Shown here: positions 39,130 to 52,439 of the stretch, piece by piece
Position numbering within the stretch: position 1 is the first letter of the stretch
Layout: every line of letters starts with the position of its first letter
Assembly (NCBI RefSeq): GCF_048593235.1
Contig: NC_133619.1
Span: 78,258,454-78,322,453, forward strand
Reading direction: 5' to 3'
DNA: 64,000 nt
From: Sminthopsis crassicaudata
Lineage: Eukaryota
Made by a program: the position numbers and the translations under genes
The notes under the pieces: model-generated
Database searches by the model: none
Told to the model about the DNA's origin: nothing
Seen by the model: the letters and a program-made list of their open reading frames with translations, nothing else

Positions 39130-39856
39130 ACATTTTTCTTATTTTAAATTAGATGATGTAGTCATTTTAAATTTAACATGTCCAAAGGATAATTCACGAT
39201 CTTCCTCTCCAAACTTCCCCCACTTTCCCAAATGTTTTCTTGCTGTTGAAGGTACTATTATTCTTCTATCCATGATCTAGGTTACAACTTTGGTTGACTT
39301 TCCACTCTTACTCATCCCAAATGTCCATTCTCTTATGAAATCTTATGCTCTTTTCTTTTGCAACATCTATACATGTCTATCTCATTATTCATATAGCCAG
39401 TATTCTTTTAGCTAATCATTTCTCACCGGACTGAACTTCTGGACTTCATCGTGATCTCCAGAAACTCATCTTCCTAGATGACAACATCAATTTTGAAGCT
39501 TATACCTTCTTAATATCCTTCACTCTGGAGCCTTTTCTTCACTCAGATTGGAGAGGATGCAGGGTGGATATCTGAAATTCCTCCCACATTCTCTACTTAA
39601 ATAGGGCACCTGGGGCAGGCGTCTTATTATTTCCTACTTGGTTCCACTCTTGTGGACTTAATTATGTTCCTGTACTAAGTAATTCCCTTCTCCCCATTCC
39701 CCAACACATTTCAGCTTCTTTTTGTGTGTTGTCTTCCCCCATTAGTTCATGAGCTACTTGAAGGCAAGAACTGTTTTTTTTTTTTTTTTAAATGCCAAGA
39801 TAATGTAGCATAATACCTGGAATATGGTATGTGCTTAATTAATGTTTATTGACTGA
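39130..39856 (+). mobile_element. L2 LINE fragments (interrupted)
   Basis: tttaacatgtccaaagg..ttc..atcttcctctccaaac... body and terminus atacctggaatatggtatgtgcttaattaatgtttattgactgac. Confidence 0.6.
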
Positions 39857-39934
39857 CCAAGGTATCACTTTACCACTGCATTACTACAATATATTGCCTC
39901 TTATTTAGTCTCCTTGTTGGTGCTTTTCAATTGG

Positions 39935-40085
39935 GAAATAGTTGAAGAAAGTAGGCTAAATCAATATAATAAAGTACTATTATATTGGAAGAAATGAAAA
40001 ATTTCAGAAAAATCTGGGGACAAATATGTGAACTGTTACAAAGGTATGTGAGTAGAATCAGGAGAACAATTTATAAAATCTTCTT
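39935..40085 (+). mobile_element. Old L1 ORF2 C-terminal fragment
   Basis: ttcagaaaaatctggg..aaatatgtgaactgttacaaaggtatgtgagtagaatcaggagaacaatttata. Confidence 0.6.
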
Positions 40086-42024
40086 TTTGGCAATTAGATC
40101 TCTTCATGTAAGGCCCCTTTCTATATTTCTAGTCTTCTCATACTTTATTCTCTTTCATTCATTCTAACATCTCGTTATACTGGCTTACTTATACTGGCTG
40201 TCTCCCATACTCGGAAAGCACCATTCTCACCTCCTCTTCCTAGGATCTCTGGCTTCTTTCAAGCCTCAGATCAAATCTCATCTTTTCTAGAAGGCCTTCT
40301 AGACTTTCAATTTCCATCCCATTTAAATTCTCTTCCCTCTGTGACATGTCATATATACATATACCAGTGTAAGTAAAGATACACATGTACAAATATATGC
40401 ATATGCATATTATATTTTGTGTTCTCTAATAAAATATAAGTACCTTGAGAGCACATAGGTGATGCAATGGGATTGAGTACAGGCCAATAGTCAAGAAGAT
40501 TAACTATTCAATTTTAAAACATAAAAGAATGAAAAGGAAATAATGCATTATTTTGTTTTAAGAAAACTCAATATATGAAAATTAAGATTTATACAAAAAA
40601 TAATCCAGGACTTGGCTCTTCTTTTTATAAAAAGTTTCAAAATAGAATTCCTTTAAAAAGAAGGTTGATCTAGTCTAAGAAAAATACTTTCTCATGGAGA
40701 AGTCAGATCAGAATCGTGCTTTTTGTAATATTAATAAAGTATGACTATATATTCACTAAGGATTAAAATAACACACCAAATAAACTGAAATTTCAAACCA
40801 GACCTGTACTTTAGAAAATAGAATTTAGCCTTACATTTAGTACTACAGAAAACTCTAAAAACAAGCTACAACCATATTTTGTGTCATTCTTTTCTAGGCT
40901 GTCCTCCTAAATGTCCTCATGGACTTTGTCTATACTGTCCACATGTCAAGTATCTTTATTTCCCTCCCACCCCCTCAACCCCCTTCCAGCTTCCTTTTAA
41001 GTATTATTTTTCCCTTTTGGAATGTAAACTCCTTAAGGGCTGAGATTATTTTTCCTTCTACTTGCATTTGCATTGTATGATACTTCATAAGCACTTAATA
41101 TAAGCTTCTTGACTTGCCTTGAAAAGAATGAAAGTAATCCCACCTCCATACTTGTATAAGTGGAAGGAAGATACAATGAATGACCCATATGGTTGTCAAC
41201 CAAGCTCACCATCTGCATTGCCGACAATGCACATTATATACTAGCTTCAGCATTTTCAATGTGAGTTGATAACATTTGTGCTAAAGTGGACATAATCAAG
41301 ATTATCTTTTATTTACGGCTTTGAGCAGTAGTGACAGGAAGTATCTAGATGCAGAAAGGGAAGCCTTTTATGGATCTTCAAATATGCTAAGTACTAAAGA
41401 TGCACCTGGTAAAAAATATGCAGTTGAATTGCCTCCCCAAAACAGCCTGGGGAAATCACACCGGTAACCCTTAGGCAGGGTTTCTTCCCATGAGAGGAAA
41501 GGCCACCATTCTTTTTGCCCAGTCCACAAAAACATTAAATATAGGTAACCTCAGAGGTCACCCAACAAATGTCTAACTGTCCCCTGGAGTCATACAGCTC
41601 TGAACTAACTTCCTAAGTATTTTTGCATATTTCCATCAGCATTTTACATGCATCAACAGATGGTCAAAAGTTTGATTTTCACTTCCCTCATTAAGTTAGA
41701 TGAATAATTTTGGTATTTATATATGTGTATTATGTGTATATATCTCATACACACACAATTGAGGCCAAAAGAAATGCCTGCTCCAACAGTCATATTTGTA
41801 CTATTTGCTGTCCCCCAAACTCACTGCTTTCTCTGAATCTGAGTCTTTGCTCATGCTGTTCCCTGTGGCTGGAATAGCCTCCTCCTTATGTCCTATTCCT
41901 GCTGAATTCCTATCTATTTCTGAAATCCCACAGATGGAAATGAATTCACAGTTTATTTGTACCTAAGCAAAAATTTCCTGACATCCCTGACAAGTCTGGC
42001 CATCCAGCTTTCTCTTAAAGGCAT

Positions 42025-42183
42025 GGGGCAACCACGTAGTGCAGTGGATAAAGCACCAGCCCTGAAGTTAGGAAGACATGAGTTCAAATCTGAACTGACA
42101 CTTAACACTTCCTAGCTGTGTGACCCTGGGCAAGTCACTTAACCCCAGCCTCAGGGGTAAAAAAAACAAAACAAAACAAAAAG
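42025..42183 (+). mobile_element. WSINE1-type tRNA-derived SINE, full length
   Basis: ggggcaacc..gtagtgcagtggataaagcacc head, B box gagttcaaatc (42080-42090), cacttaacacttcctagctgtgtgaccctgggcaagtcacttaacccc, and an A-rich tail. Imperfect TSD aaaggcat/aaagccat. Confidence 0.88.
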
Positions 42184-42229
42184 CCATCAGTGATGGGAAT
42201 CTCTTGTAGAAATCAGCCTTTTTGAACTA

Positions 42230-42420
42230 TAGGGAAGATAAGATTTATGACTTTAAGTCCCTAACTGGTTATCTAATTCAATTCTCTCATTTCACAGAAG
42301 AGGAAGTGGAGGCTTACAGAAAGGATGGTAACTTCTTCAAATTTGTTCAGTTGGTCACAGAGACAGGATTCAAACACAGAGCTTCTGACTTCAGATCTGG
42401 GGTTCTTTCCTTTCCAAATG
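42230..42420 (-). mobile_element. MIR3-like SINE fragment
   Basis: atctaattcaattctctcatttcacagaagaggaagtggaggc...ggtcacagagacaggattcaaacacagagcttctgacttcagatc. Confidence 0.65.
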
Positions 42421-42624
42421 CAAAATTTTGACTCATATTGATTGACTAAAATTTCCATCTTAATTTTCACACACACTGCTGTCTATGTCTCTCCTTTAGA
42501 TGTATAATCAATTGTTTTTTAATCTATGGTAGGACTTCACATATATTCATATTCTATTCTATCAGGTCTGATTTAGCTCATTATCTTGACTCAGAAGTTC
42601 TAAAAGTCCTCTTTTACGTCCCTT

Positions 42625-42790
42625 CTAGAAAACTAGTAAAACCTATGACTTCCTTCTCAGAAGAATATTTTTAAATGCATACAACAAAAGACATAGGGTT
42701 CCAAAGAAAATCAAAGATTACTGAAAATGAAGATATCAATTTTTTTTGATTCAAGGTCATGGATTCCCAGAAATCTATGCAAAGACCTCT
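42625..42790. mobile_element. hAT/Charlie-type MITE remnant
   Basis: aaacctatgacttccttctcagaagaatatttttaaatgcata.aacaaaa.acatagggttccaaagaaaa.caa resembles a recalled ancient mammalian MER-type DNA element. Confidence 0.5.
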
Positions 42791-43265
42791 TTATAAGAAG
42801 CAATAAGGAAGACCATGTCACTGGATTGCAGAGCATGTATGGGGAAGGGGTGGAGAGTTGTAAGGTGTAGGTAGACTAGAAAGGTAAGGGGATATGTTAT
42901 GAAAGGCTTTGAATGGTAGAGAACTCAGAGGTTCATTGGATGAGGAGGAGTGGATGACATGGTTAGACTAGCAATTGAGAAAGATTATTTTGACACCTGG
43001 GTGGAAAGGGGAAGTGGAGTGGAGTGGGGAGAAACTCGTGGCAGGGAGACCAAATAGTGAGCTGTTGCAATAGTCCAGGTGTGATGTGATAAGGCTGCAC
43101 TATGATGGTGGCAGTGATACAGGAAAGAACAGTGGCTATGTGAGAGGTGTTATGAAGATAAAACACACAGATCTTGGCAATAGATTGGAGAGAGAGTGAG
43201 ATTTTGAGGATACCTAAATTGCCAGTATGGGGACAGGAAGGATGGTGGAACCTTCAGTAATAATA
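42790..43265 (-). mobile_element. L2 LINE internal fragment
   Basis: gtatgttatgaaaggctttgaat..., gctgttgcaatagtccaggtgtgatgtgataaggctgcacta.gatggtggcagtg, cagatcttggcaatagattgga. Confidence 0.75.
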
Positions 43266-44589
43266 GGGAGAATATAAGCTCTATGAGAATAGAAATTGAT
43301 AAAAGATTGTTTGGGAACATTATATCTTCCCAGAACCTGAGGCAATCACATCTACCATAGGTGATTAATAAATGTTTTCTGAATGATAAATGTCAGTCTA
43401 CCTGTGTCTCAATTACATTTATAGTGCAAATGTTTTTGAGGTAAATGACCTATACTGGTAACAGTACAAGACAAGAGTAGCCCTTATATAATCAGATATA
43501 AATCAGTACTAGAATTAAGGTCAGAGGGACCAGTGATTTGCAAATCAAAGACTCCATGTTAGGATATCAGTTCCAGTCAGCTAATAATAACTTTAGGTAA
43601 AGGAAATTCCCGTTCAGTGGTAGTTGAAATTTAGCTTGTCTTATTCATATATGTATGTTCACACATCATGATCACATGGCTTATCTTTCCAAGACAAGTT
43701 AACAACTGAATGGACAAGAAGAACCTCACACTTTAAGAAAAGTGACCAGAGCTAGAAATCCAGCCCTAGAAAGGGACTTTTAACCCAGTTTTTGTTGTAC
43801 TACTGCCAATTCCAGAAACTCATTCCTAAAGATTGTAGATCTAGTATTTCCCTTTACTGAATTCAGTTTTAAAGGTAAATATAGAATGTTAGGCTCTGAG
43901 CAGTTTGGGTGTTAATCACTTAATGTAACAACTGACAGAGCCAACTCAATCATCTTTAGGAAAATAATACACAGTAAGGGAAAAAATTCAAGCTATATAT
44001 TGAATAAATAAAATTGAAACTCTCTATCTTAGTACAGCAATTTCATTTTCAAAGTGCTTCACCAGCATTAATAAATTAATTTTCTCAATACTCTTAGGTT
44101 AAAAAGAATGTGCTTTTTAAGTCATAATTTGTGGAGGCTATAAGTGATTTGCCAATTACTTGAATCTCAGAAGCAGGTACACAGCTGCTAAATGGACCCA
44201 TCTTATGGGTATTTTCATGTACATAAGTCACAACAAGAGACATTTTTGAAATAGGAGATTTTATATTGATAAAATTTTGCTGGTAGCATTTCCAGTTAAG
44301 CTGTGGTCAGTTCATAGAACACAGAGTCATTTGAGTCAATTTCAATGGTCAATTCTGATAGAAAAGTTGATCTTATCTCCTAAAGTTCATGTCTCATTAG
44401 GAAGGAGCCCCCTGAACTCCTATCCACAATCAGTCTGCTATTTGCCCTGCCTATTTTATCTTCACTGGTAGAATTTTATGAGACCTTCCAAAGGACTACA
44501 TATGAACTGCTTAAAGGGGTTCATATGGAAACCAGAAAATACATATACTGGATTATTAGATTTTTGGTACATATGGAATTATCAATTTA

Positions 44590-44785
44590 AAGACTACAGA
44601 ATCCTCAGACACTATCTAGTACAACTTTTTTTATAAGTTAAAAACCATCTTATGAGAAATTGAGATCAGGAGAAGATAAGTGATTTATCCAATGTCTTAC
44701 AGGCAGTAAATATCAGAGACGGGATTTGAACTCAGGTTGTCTGACTCCAAAATTCACTCTCCTTCTGTTGTATCCTGCTGTGTTA
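44590..44785 (-). mobile_element. MIR3/MIR SINE fragment
   Basis: gagaaattgagatcaggagaagataagtgatttatccaatgtc..acaggcagtaaatatcagagacgggatttgaactcagg...tgactccaaa. Confidence 0.7.
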
Positions 44786-45044
44786 TTCTTATAATTATAA
44801 GAATTATTTGTTTGATGACTGCAGAAGTTATAAATTAAGTGGATTCTCTTGTTTTCCAATTGTTTAAAATTAATTTTTTAATAAATCCAAAAGAAGGCTA
44901 GATTCTAAAGCAAAGGCTCTCCTTAAAAAAAAGAGAGGACAATTATTCTTTAATGGGTTATGCAAAAGTAGTAGGTGTTATATAAATGCTTTTTCCTTTC
45001 CCTCCTCTAGAGTCTTATCTGATTTGTGGCAGCTACAATGGATA

Positions 45045-45260
45045 GAATTTGTGGCAGTACAATAGATAGAATCAGCCAGTGGCCTGGAGTCAAGAGGACC
45101 TGAATTCAAATCCAGCTTCAGACACTTGCATGTGTGACTTTGGACAAGATACTTAACCTCTAACTGTTTCAGTTTCTTCAGTTGCAAAATGAGGATTAAT
45201 AATAGCACCTGTCTCTCAGGATTGTTGTGAAGATCAAATAAGATAACATTAGTTCATCAT
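45045..45260 (+). mobile_element. MIR SINE
   Basis: tggcctggagtcaagaggacctgaattcaaatccagcttcagacac...tgtgtgactttggacaag.tacttaacctct...cagtttcttcagttgcaaaatgagga.taataatagcacct..ctcaggattgttgtgaagatcaaat. Confidence 0.85.
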
Positions 45261-45309
45261 TTGGCATCAGTGCTAAATAAAAGCTTGATTCATTTGTTTG
45301 TTCCTTTGT

Positions 45310-45780
45310 TTCTTTTTACCTTCCTTCCTTCCTACTTTTCACTCTCATAATAAAAAATAAACTCCTCTGTTTTCATTTCCTTTCATAATCTGGGAAAGAC
45401 TCCATGCATCCCCAGTCTTATTTTATATTATTTTCCTTCTTCATACTTTCTATAACACAGCCAATCTGACTTCCATGCAGTTCTCAATCCATGACATTTT
45501 ATTTCATATATTTATGTTTTTGACCAAATTATTCCCTACTTTTAGAATGTACTTTTTCCTTCTGCCTCTTAGAATTTTTAGTTCCCATCAGAATTCAGTT
45601 CAAATAACATCTCTATAATGAGATTTTTCTCATTTTCAATTGTCACTATCATTGCATATTCATATATGTTTATATTTTTTTGTGTGTTGCTTCTTCCTAA
45701 TGGATAATAAGCTCTTTGAGGGCATTCTGAGTATTCCCAGAACCTAGCATAGTATTTAATAAATGATTCTTTGATTGAGT
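45310..45780 (+). mobile_element. L2 LINE 3' fragment
   Basis: Pyrimidine-rich body, aagctctttgagggca, and terminus cccagaacctagcatagtatttaataaatgattc. Confidence 0.6.
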
Positions 45781-46859
45781 CTTTGTGTTCCCAAAGGTCT
45801 AGCCGTATGAATGGTTCAATGCCCTAAGTACACTGAATTTGAAAACAAGAAAATAAAAAATTCTATTGGGAAATGTAAACCTTGGAATCATGTGCTTAAG
45901 TTCAAGAGAAGCTACACCAAAAAAAAATCCATCTTTAAAAACAAAACAAAGCAAAATACAGGAAAACAAGTAAATATCTGAATAACAGATGAGGAAGGAA
46001 GCAAAATCTGTCGGCTAATGGTAACAGCTTTGGTGTCCTTTGTTGTTGAAAATGTGCCTGTAGCAGTAACTTCAATATGCTCAAAAAGATTCAGATGGAA
46101 AAGGCTATGCAAAACAAGTTGCTATTTTGCGTTGTAGAGAAAATTAAATACCTCCTTGGAAATTTAAAGTTTAGTAAAATTGTAGAGGAAAAAGTAACCT
46201 GGGGTTAGTGAATCTTTGAATGAAATGGTTCAGGGAAGCTTGCAGTTAGAGGTATGTAGAGGAGCAAGGCAGCCAAAAAAGGGAAGACATTACTGTCCCT
46301 CCCCAAACTCCTCCAACTGGTTAACTTGATTGGTCCAACATCAGCTTATACACTGATCTAGTTTCATGTGTATTTTAACATAGCTTATACTCAACAAACA
46401 TTTAATAACTGTCTAGTTTGGGTAAGGCTCTGGAAATACCAAGTCAAAAATTGACAAAGTATTCATCCCTAAGGATTTTGTAATTTATTTAGAGAATAAA
46501 AACATGATATAAATAAATAGAGTTGAGGGTAGAGTATGGGCATTGAGAAGGCAAAGTCTAGTATTAGTATAGAGCCAAAGTGAGATGTGGACAAAGTAGC
46601 CTTGGAAAATATGAGATGTGAGGGAAAAATTCATTTCCATGAAAGTGTCTTAGAGGAGGTGGTTCCCCAAGCTGAATCTGAGGGGATAAAAATTGGGATT
46701 CAAGCTCCTTGGGGGGCAGGGGTCTTTGCTTTTATTTTTTTAAGGCACTAAAAGTATTTACATAAAGCCCTAGGTCCTCCTTTGAAGCTGACACTAAAGG
46801 CTCCAGTACTCATTCAGGTCTTATGTCTCCTCTGTCTTGTACTTACAGAATGATTTTTT

Positions 46860-46991
46860 TTTTTTCTTTGCTGAGGCAATTGGGGTTAAGTGACTTTCCC
46901 AAGCTCCACAGCTAGGAAGTGTTAAGTGTCTGAGGCCAGATTTGAATTCAGGTTCTCCTGACTTCAGAGCTGGTGCTCTATCCACTGCCCC
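46860..46991 (-). mobile_element. WSINE1-type SINE with shortened 5' end and TSD
   Basis: Reverse complement reads ggggcagtggatagagcaccagctctgaagtcaggagaacctgaattcaaatctggcctcagacacttaacacttcctagctg...aattgcctcagc plus an A tail. Flanks CAGAATGATTTTT (46846-46858) and CAGAACTGATTTTT (46991-47004). Confidence 0.88.
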
Positions 46992-48593
46992 AGAACTGAT
47001 TTTTTAAAAAATAGAAATGGAGGATTTAGTATTTATATCGATTACCCAAAGCCATTAAAATCAGAGGTTCAGTCCCTTTCTCACTAATTTTGATATTAGA
47101 TTTAGTGTTTTATCCCATCCAGTGAAGACACTGTCAGATTCTGACACTGTTATTCCATTTGGTAGTTATTTCTTAAGTTCTGTGACTCTGGAAAGCACAT
47201 TATTTATGCCTTGATCCAAGTTCCAAATAGACCCAGGTTTTGAAGTTAACTCCTTTGAGTTAAGCTTAACTTTGGTGCCTAAGTTAAATGCTATTGTTGA
47301 TCCCCATCTTGGTAACAATCAGCACAGGGAACAATGTAGAGAGTTATTAAATGTTTACTGATTGAAGAGTGAGTGCATTTCAGGCATGGGAGATAGCCAC
47401 CATTTATGATGGGAAGGGGTGGGTCTGGCTTGAAAACAGAATGCCTAAAGGGGAAGTAATATAAGGGAAATAAGGCTTGAAAAGTAAGCTTGAGCCATAT
47501 TATGGAAGAAGCTAGCTACCTGGCTAGAGACTTTTATTTTATTCCATAGGCAATTGATTTTGGGACAAGAGAAAAAGTATTCCCTGTATATTACAGAGGC
47601 AAGAGAAAATAATTATGAATTCCTATAGAGTTCTTAGGGCATCTTCCCAGTAATATTTACCTTTATTATAGAATAATTATGGCTATTATTTTCAGGATGC
47701 ATAAGTCACAGCCCATAAACTCTTCTAATTCCCGGGATTATGTTGCATAAGAAAAAGCTCAGAAAGCAATATGCCAAATGGATAGGAAGAGACTATAGGA
47801 TCACAGGAAAACGAAATCTCATGAGAAATCTGGCTAATTTGAACAGATTGTAGGTCAGCAGGATCAGATAATGTCACAGGGCCTTTTGGGGAAAAGCCAT
47901 TGTTTGTCTGTGCAAGGGGAAGCATCTCCCAAAGCAAGTTCCCAGAGAGGATCACTGGGAAAGATATTTATTGGACGTTGGGGAAAAAAAGACAGGGAAA
48001 GCTGCTGGTGTCAGTGAAGACAGCAAAGCTGATTAAATGTGCTGGACACAGAGGTTTGCTGCAAATAGGTAACTGTTCATTTGAACAAAGGTGGCAGTAT
48101 GTTTACCTACTGGGATGCCTCTAATTTAGAGAAAGGCCTATTTGTTTAATACTTTTTCTTTACCCTTTTCTCTTTGTACTGCAGAATTCTATGGCTGACA
48201 TAATAATAAGAATAATAAAATGAAAGCTATCATTTATATAGTATTTTAAGGTTTACAGCATGGAAAGCATATCTTTAAACCTAAGGTTTCTTGAATAAAG
48301 CAGACTTTGTTATGCAGAGCTGGAGTCTTTCTAATAGCTCCCTAAGCAGGGTTTTTTACCAACATTCTTCCTCCGACAAGGGAACCATCAAGATTCCCCA
48401 TCAACTAAGAAAGGAGCTTCAATGGCACAACTTAAACATTTAGCTTGCATCAGCCCTTGCCAAAAGGCCAGATCTAAGTCAGAGTATGGACAGATTTCAC
48501 TGGAGATGCAGGTTTTCAAGGCAGAGGAAACAAGCATATTCTGCCAGCTTCAAAATAAGAGGCATTAATTTTCTTTGCTAAGAAAGACTGTAC

Positions 48594-48831
48594 CTCAACA
48601 TGGCACCAAAGCCTTTCTTCTTAACTTTTTTCTCAGGATCTTCATTCTCTTCTTTTCGTTTTTTCTCCTTGACTTTCACTTTGCCCTTTTCCTTTTTCTT
48701 CTCCTTGTCTTTATTTTTTTTGTTCTTCTTGGCTTTATTTTCTATATTCTCTGGTGCATCATTCCCCTGAGGGTTAGATTCACAATTTTGAGCTCCCTGA
48801 CCAGAGCGAGAACTCTTATCAGACAGACCGT
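48594..48831 (-). CDS. PARD3B: PARD3B internal coding exon, 238 nt, phase 1-2 (lysine-rich region)
   Basis: G from the upstream exon plus AC gives Asp, then GLSDKSSRSGQGAQNCESNPQGNDAPENIENKAKKNKKNKDKEKKKEKGKVKVKEKKRKEENEDPEKKVKKKGFGAML(R). This matches recalled PARD3B (DGLSDKSS..GQG..NCES.PQG...KKKGFGAMLRFG). Acceptor (T)21ctgtgtag|AC. Donor TTGAG|gtacag. The frame is continuous with the upstream exon across a 799-nt intron. Confidence 0.97.
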
Positions 48832-50060
<1,229 letters not shown>

Positions 50061-50849
50061 CTACGCCTATGGAATGAAATCTCTGGCTTGCTCTATTATG
50101 CTGGAAAGGCTTGAAAGACTGTCTAGATATTGCAAGTAAGACATCATCAATAGGTTTGGGAATGCAACCCAAGAATATCCTTCAGTCTGGTTTGGTCCTA
50201 TGGCCCCTTCTGTAGCTTCCACATCAGAGTAGAAGTAAAGGAAATGGAGGACATGACAAGAAATTTTAGATCCTCAGGAAACATTAACTTAGTTACTGGC
50301 ACTCTAAACATGATGAACTTTCCTTATGGACTAGGGAACATACTACTGGAGGAATAGAATTAGAACACTTGACACTTTTTTATAAAAAGAGCTGAACCAG
50401 AAGAAAGTTGAAACTAAATGATAAAGATGGCCTACAGGTTCTCCTTGGAGCGACAAATAAAGAGTTGTTTTTAACTTGTGTCCAAGGCAACAAGAAATAC
50501 CATTTCCTGAGATATTTATTTCCTATTGCAGTACTTATTGCTGGTATTTGAAGAAAAAACCCAACAAAAACAAACTGAAAATAAAGCAGCTTATGGACTA
50601 ACATCTGTTGGAAAGGTTGAAGAGAGATAATTTCTACAAAGAACTTCCCAATGAAGCTAAAATATGGCTTCATAATCACTTCTTTTATTGTGAAGATGGA
50701 AATAGGTATGGAATACTGAAGGGGTGGTTGGAAAATATGCCTGAGGCATATTAAGTATTTGAAGGCCAGGGCTACTATTCCCTGCAGCCTTATACTTAAT
50801 CATAAATCCTTCCTTGAAATAGAGAATTAGAAAGCACTAGGCATGATGA

Positions 50850-51290
50850 ATACTACATAGCATTGTAAAAAATTAAATTAACTGTATTTTAATAAATAGT
50901 AAATGACTCATTAATAATGTGGGAGTTATTCACAAATCTGATATACTATACTTGTTCACTCAGGCCATTGATTAGTTAAAGCCAAAGATCAAAATTAATC
51001 AAAAGCTAGAATAACAAATAAAAATTAGAAGATAAAGCATGAAAATTAAAAATTCCATTATGAACCACTCAAAAAAGTTATTGATATATAAAAGGGATAT
51101 GGTCACAAGAACATCAATCAATACTGATTACAATGATTTCAAAAATAAGTTTAACCAACGTATATCAACTGCTGTAATAAAGAAATCAAAGAAGGATTTA
51201 GCAAACACTTGACTTATAGGCCAAATAGAGAGATAGAGCAGTTAAAATATTAATTCATTTTTAAAACTTTAGGTAGAAGGATCACGAAAA
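50850..51290 (+). mobile_element. Decayed RTE-type LINE fragment (tentative)
   Basis: ccattgattagttaaagccaaagatcaaaattaat resembles the RTE endonuclease C-terminal DHRLVRAKIKIN motif. Many stop codons. Confidence 0.45.
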
Positions 51291-52439
51291 TATAAACAAT
51301 GTCATCCCATAAACAAAAAAAAAAAAAAGAAATGAAAGTAGAATCCAGTACACAGAAATCTTGGCAAGAAACCCAATGAAGCCAAGTTATTCTGCAATTG
51401 AAAGTAACACAATGAAATATGGAAAAGAATTACAAAAATTGTTTTGTAAGTAACTTGATTATGATCTACGACAGTGTAGTCATCACAGTTGGATGGAGTG
51501 GGCCAAGGTGTGGCTTTCATAGGAAACTCAGAATTTTAATTAGTTTCTTGGAAATTAAACAATGCCTAGACAAATGGCTGAGTCCTATTATAACTTGGAT
51601 GGCCAAAAGAAAGTCTCAACATTGATTTGGCCTCCATTTTCTCATCTCTAAAATGAAGGAATTGAACATGGTTATCTCAAAAAAAATTGCAATCTGACAA
51701 TTTCATGATATTATGATTCTTTATAATTTCAGAAGTGCCTACAAAGAGCAATATTTATACTTTATACCATATATCTCAAGGCAAAAACATGCTATTTTTC
51801 AGGTTTTGGTATCCCCATTTTTCTTCTTTAGTAAATGTCAAAAAGACAGGAGCATCAATCTAAAGAGCCTTTCATGTGAAATCCCATGAATAGAATACAG
51901 GGATGACTGCAAAGTCAGAACTATTAGTGCCATTCTTTAATCAGTCAAGGGAAATACTATATTTCAGATATTTTATAACCCTTGGGCAAGAAAAAAAATC
52001 AGGGGTAACTGAAATGGAGGAACATACTTTTAAAGCAAAAAAATATATATAGAGAGAGATTTAGGATATTGAAGCAAGAGTAAGGACTTTAGATTCTACA
52101 GAAAAGAATTCTTATCATTAACCTCTAGGGATGTTTTGTTTTAGGAGAAAAAATGTAAATTAGAAACAATCATAAGAAACTATTGGTTACTATGTCTACA
52201 AAAATAATTCTTTTGTCCATTAATTATTATTCAGTAAATTATAAAATTGACAAAAGGAGGAATATAACGATCTAATGAATTCTAAAGAATATAAAAGTAG
52301 ATAAATCATTCAAAATTCACATCATGACATAAATAAGGATTTATCTATACCTCTGTATGAAAGTATGTCTTATAATATCAGAAATATGGACATATGTATT
52401 TCATTATATTAGCTATTTATTAATCCCAGCACATGGAAA

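Larger units (their letters stand above)
1..48593 (-). other. PARD3B: PARD3B large downstream intron (next exon, expected to begin ...RFGKKK, not found in the window)
   Basis: Starts at the GT donor at 48593. No PARD3B-like coding sequence was recognised over these 48 kb. PARD3B is known to have very long introns. Gaps could hide a small exon. Confidence 0.7.

Noticed and set aside
42025-42100. tRNA-like sequence with A and B boxes
   Set aside because: It is the head of a WSINE1 SINE (followed by the CORE and A tail), not a tRNA gene.
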